A stretch of 28,077 nt of DNA, taken from a bacterium. GTDB lineage: Bacteria; Patescibacteriota; Minisyncoccia; Phycocordibacterales; Phycocordibacteraceae. How positions within the stretch are numbered: position 1 is the stretch's first letter; each line of letters begins with the position of its first letter. The notes under the pieces were generated by a model, which did not search any database, was not told the DNA's origin, and saw only the letters and a list, made by a program, of their open reading frames with translations. The stretch lies in assembly GCA_021781935.1 (NCBI GenBank), contig JAJXVW010000001.1, positions 1 to 28,077 of the forward strand, given 5' to 3'. The position numbers were made by a program, and so were the translations under genes. This document shows positions 25,701 to 28,077 of the stretch, one piece after another.

Positions 25701-26900
25701 ATGGCAGAATTCGCACGCACGAAGCCGCACATGAACGTGGGCACCATCGGCCACGTTGACCACGGCAAGACGACCCTCACCGCGGGTATCCTCCACGTCC
25801 TCCAGTTCCTGAAGGGCGAGGGCTACGACTCGCGCGCAGAGGAAGTCGACAAGATCGACAGCGCGCCGGAAGAGAAGGCGCGCGGTATCACCATCGCGCT
25901 CCATCATTCGGAGTACGAGACCCCGAATCGTCACTACGCGCACATCGACGCTCCGGGACACGCAGACTACATTAAGAACATGATCACCGGTGCCGCCCAG
26001 ATGGATGGCGCGGTACTCGTGGTCGCCGCGACCGACGGCGTCATGCCGCAGACGCGCGAGCACATCCTTCTCGCGAAGCAGGTGGGACTCAAGAAGCTCA
26101 TCGTCTTCCTGAACAAGGTGGACATGGTGGAAGAGGCTGACCTCATCGACCTCGTCGAAGAGGAAGTTCGCGAGCTTCTGACGAAGCAGGGCTTCGACGG
26201 CGCGAATACCCCGATTCTTCGCGGTTCGGGACTCAAGGCGCTCGAGTCGAAGGACATGAGCGACGAATACGCGCAAAAGGTAAAGGAGCTCGTCGATACG
26301 ATGGATTCCTACTTCGACCTTCCGGCACGCGAGACGGATAAGCCGTTCCTCATGCCGATCGAGGACATCTTCTCGATTGAAGGTCGCGGCACCGTCGTTA
26401 CCGGCCGCATCGAACGCGGCGAGGTGAAGGTGGGAGAGGAAGTCGAGATTGTCGGCATGAAGCCGACGGCGAAGACGACCGTCACCGGCATCGAGATGTT
26501 CAACAAGCAGCTCCAGAGCGGCCAGGCAGGCGACAACGCCGGCATTCTGCTCCGCGGCACGAAGAAAGAAGACGTGCATCGCGGCCAGGTGCTTGCGAAG
26601 ACGGGCTCCATCACCCCGCACACGGAGTTCGAATCGGAGGTCTACATCCTGAATAAGGATGAGGGCGGCCGCCACACCCCGTTCTTCTCGGGCTACAAGC
26701 CGCAGTTCTACATCGGTACGACCGATGTGACGGGCGAAGTCACCCTTCCGGACGGGAAGGAAATGGTCATGCCGGGCGACACGATCACCTTCAAAGTGAA
26801 GCTCACGGCCCCGATCGCGCTCGAAGAGCAGCGCCGCTTCGCTATCCGCGAAGGCGGCAAGACGGTGGGCGCGGGCGTCGTGACCAAGATCATCGCGTAA
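25701..26900 (+). CDS. tuf: Elongation factor Tu (start ATG 25701)
   Basis: [27 protein letters not shown] and GRHTPFF motifs. Confidence 0.98.
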   Translation: MAEFARTKPHMNVGTIGHVDHGKTTLTAGILHVLQFLKGEGYDSRAEEVDKIDSAPEEKARGITIALHHSEYETPNRHYAHIDAPGHADYIKNMITGAAQMDGAVLVVAATDGVMPQTREHILLAKQVGLKKLIVFLNKVDMVEEADLIDLVEEEVRELLTKQGFDGANTPILRGSGLKALESKDMSDEYAQKVKELVDTMDSYFDLPARETDKPFLMPIEDIFSIEGRGTVVTGRIERGEVKVGEEVEIVGMKPTAKTTVTGIEMFNKQLQSGQAGDNAGILLRGTKKEDVHRGQVLAKTGSITPHTEFESEVYILNKDEGGRHTPFFSGYKPQFYIGTTDVTGEVTLPDGKEMVMPGDTITFKVKLTAPIALEEQRRFAIREGGKTVGAGVVTKIIA

Positions 26901-26919
26901 GGCGATCGATAGCACTCGT

Positions 26920-27279
26920 ATGGCGGACACCAAGACGAAGCGCACCGTGAAGAAGGCGGCGGAAGCCGTACCGGAGCACAAGCTGCGCATCCGGGTTGCG
27001 GCATACGAGCACAAGATCCTCGATCTTTCGGTGAAGCAGATCATGGATACGGCCGCGCGTCTCGACGCGCAGGTAGTCGGCCCGGTGCCGCTTCCGACGC
27101 AGATAAAGCGCTGGACCGTAAACCGCTCGACGTTCGTCCATAAGGATGCGCGCGAGCAGTTCGAGATGCGCATCCATAAGCGCCTGATCGACATCCTGAA
27201 CCCTTCGCCGAAAGTTATCGAGGCGCTCACCAATCTCACCCTCCCGTCCGGCGTGACGATAGACGTGAAGATGGTGTAA
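26920..27279 (+). CDS. rpsJ: 30S ribosomal protein S10 with a Lys-rich N-terminal extension
   Basis: LRIRVAAY, GPVPLPT, KDAREQFEMRIHKRLIDI motifs. Confidence 0.97.
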   Translation: MADTKTKRTVKKAAEAVPEHKLRIRVAAYEHKILDLSVKQIMDTAARLDAQVVGPVPLPTQIKRWTVNRSTFVHKDAREQFEMRIHKRLIDILNPSPKVIEALTNLTLPSGVTIDVKMV

Positions 27280-27299
27280 CGAAGACGGACAGCCAAGAT

Positions 27300-27334
27300 A
27301 CGCAAAACGCCCCTTCGGGGGCGTTTTGCGTTTG
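27300..27334 (+). terminator. Intrinsic terminator after rpsJ (cUUCGg loop)
   Basis: ACGCAAAACGCCCC-TTCG-GGGGCGTTTTGCGT followed by TT. Confidence 0.85.
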
Positions 27335-27380
27335 CTCCTGGGTCGTGAGATATTTGTGTCGGGTAAAGGGAGATCCGCTC

Positions 27381-27608
27381 ATGAAGCACATAATTCGCGT
27401 GCGGCACAAGATCTGCCGCGCATGGTACTGGCGAAGGATACGCATGCACCGCATGCGCATGCATGAACTTCTAGCACAATGGGAAGTCTGGAAGCAGCAG
27501 TTTCCCGGCCAGCAGATGGTCGCGAACGATTACTACTTCCATAATCTCGCCATTCAGATGCGCATGCGGGCGTGGCTTTTCAGGAAGATTCGTCAACACG
27601 CCGTCTGA
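27381..27608 (+). CDS. Small basic hypothetical protein (75 aa, MKHIIRVRHK…)
   Basis: SD-like AAAGGGAG 8 nt before ATG 27381; Arg/Trp/Met-rich. Confidence 0.5.
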   Translation: MKHIIRVRHKICRAWYWRRIRMHRMRMHELLAQWEVWKQQFPGQQMVANDYYFHNLAIQMRMRAWLFRKIRQHAV

Positions 27609-27675
27609 CGGAATCTCAAAGAGGGTCGCGGGTGGAAACACTCGCGATTTTTCGATGCTCAACATTATTTCTGCA

Positions 27676-27709
27676 TACCATATTATTCACGGTCGTGAAT
27701 AATATGGTA
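27676..27709. repeat. Perfect AT-rich inverted repeat, 16-bp arms with 2-nt spacer
   Basis: TACCATATTATTCACG-GT-CGTGAATAATATGGTA. Confidence 0.8.
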
Positions 27710-27783
27710 AATGCATTTTCAGCACCTCGCATCTGCAGCACTTTTGAAACCGCTCTAGTTGGATTGCAAGAGCGGCAACCAAG

Positions 27784-27820
27784 ATACGAAAAGCCGCCCC
27801 AGAGGGGCGGCTTTTCGTAT
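27784..27820. terminator. Bidirectional terminator, 17-bp stem
   Basis: ATACGAAAAGCCGCCCC-AGA-GGGGCGGCTTTTCGTAT. Confidence 0.8.
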
Positions 27821-27877
27821 TGACGCCAAGACGGTTTTCGAGTTTAGTTCACCTTGGAACTAACCGGAGGAGGCGGT

Positions 27878-28077
27878 ATGAAACGGCTTCTCGACATCAG
27901 TGGAGCAGTTGCGCTCCTCAGCGTATCTTTGCCGCTTTGGGTGTGCATTATTCTTGCGATTCGCGTTTCAACGCGCGGTCCCGCATTCTTCTCGCAACAG
28001 CGTGTCGGAAAGGGCGGTAAGGAATTTCGTTTGTTTAAGTTCCGGACCCTTCTGCCGGGGAGAGAGAACTCAACGCG
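27878..28077 (+). CDS. Bacterial sugar transferase (WcaJ/WbaP-type polyprenyl-phosphate glycosyl-1-P transferase), 5' part; absent from the ORF track
   Basis: Own translation: MKRLLDISGAVALLSVSLPLWVCIILAIRVSTRGPAFFSQQRVGKGGKEFRLFKFRT…; SD GGAGGAGG. Confidence 0.85.
   Translation, partial: MKRLLDISGAVALLSVSLPLWVCIILAIRVSTRGPAFFSQQRVGKGGKEFRLFKFRTLLPGRENST

Noticed and set aside
25686-27464. 592-aa antisense ORF over tuf/rpsJ, and similar long shadow ORFs (9115-10236, 13186-14376, 15694-16641, 22829-23887, 23996-24787)
   Set aside because: They mirror well-supported genes. GC-rich codon bias depletes antisense stops, and they show no motifs or initiation signals.

Overview
Core-genome segment of a GC-rich bacterium. 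Gene content and style (HTH-LAGLIDADG-like ORF between tRNAs, VirB6-like membrane operon, broken str/S10 operon) suggest Patescibacteria/CPR, Parcubacteria-like; this is an inference, not a database result. Left to right: mscS, tRNA-Pro, yraN, tRNA-Gly, HTH-LAGLIDADG-like ORF, tRNA-Arg, CCA-adding enzyme, a 415-bp non-coding gap, xth, a tiny Cys-rich ORF, xerC-like recombinase, rpsO, NYN protein, membrane protein, DksA/TraR, ComM/YifB, LysM-M23 peptidase, UvrD/PcrA, rsmA, a 4-gene envelope/VirB6-like operon, rpsL-rpsG, fusA, DUF805, tuf-rpsJ and a partial sugar transferase. Best leads: (1) an unrecognised ~300-nt multi-domain structured RNA candidate (4404-4726) with its own -10 box, three modules each followed by GAATGT(G/C)CT, and a possible pseudoknot; (2) a cluster of parS-like 16-mers in and after cca plus DnaA-box-like 9-mers, suggesting the origin region; (3) a pervasive leaderless-mRNA signature on core genes, with Shine-Dalgarno-like sites mainly on small accessory genes. 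No CRISPR array or transposase was seen. All structures were folded by eye and no database searches were run.
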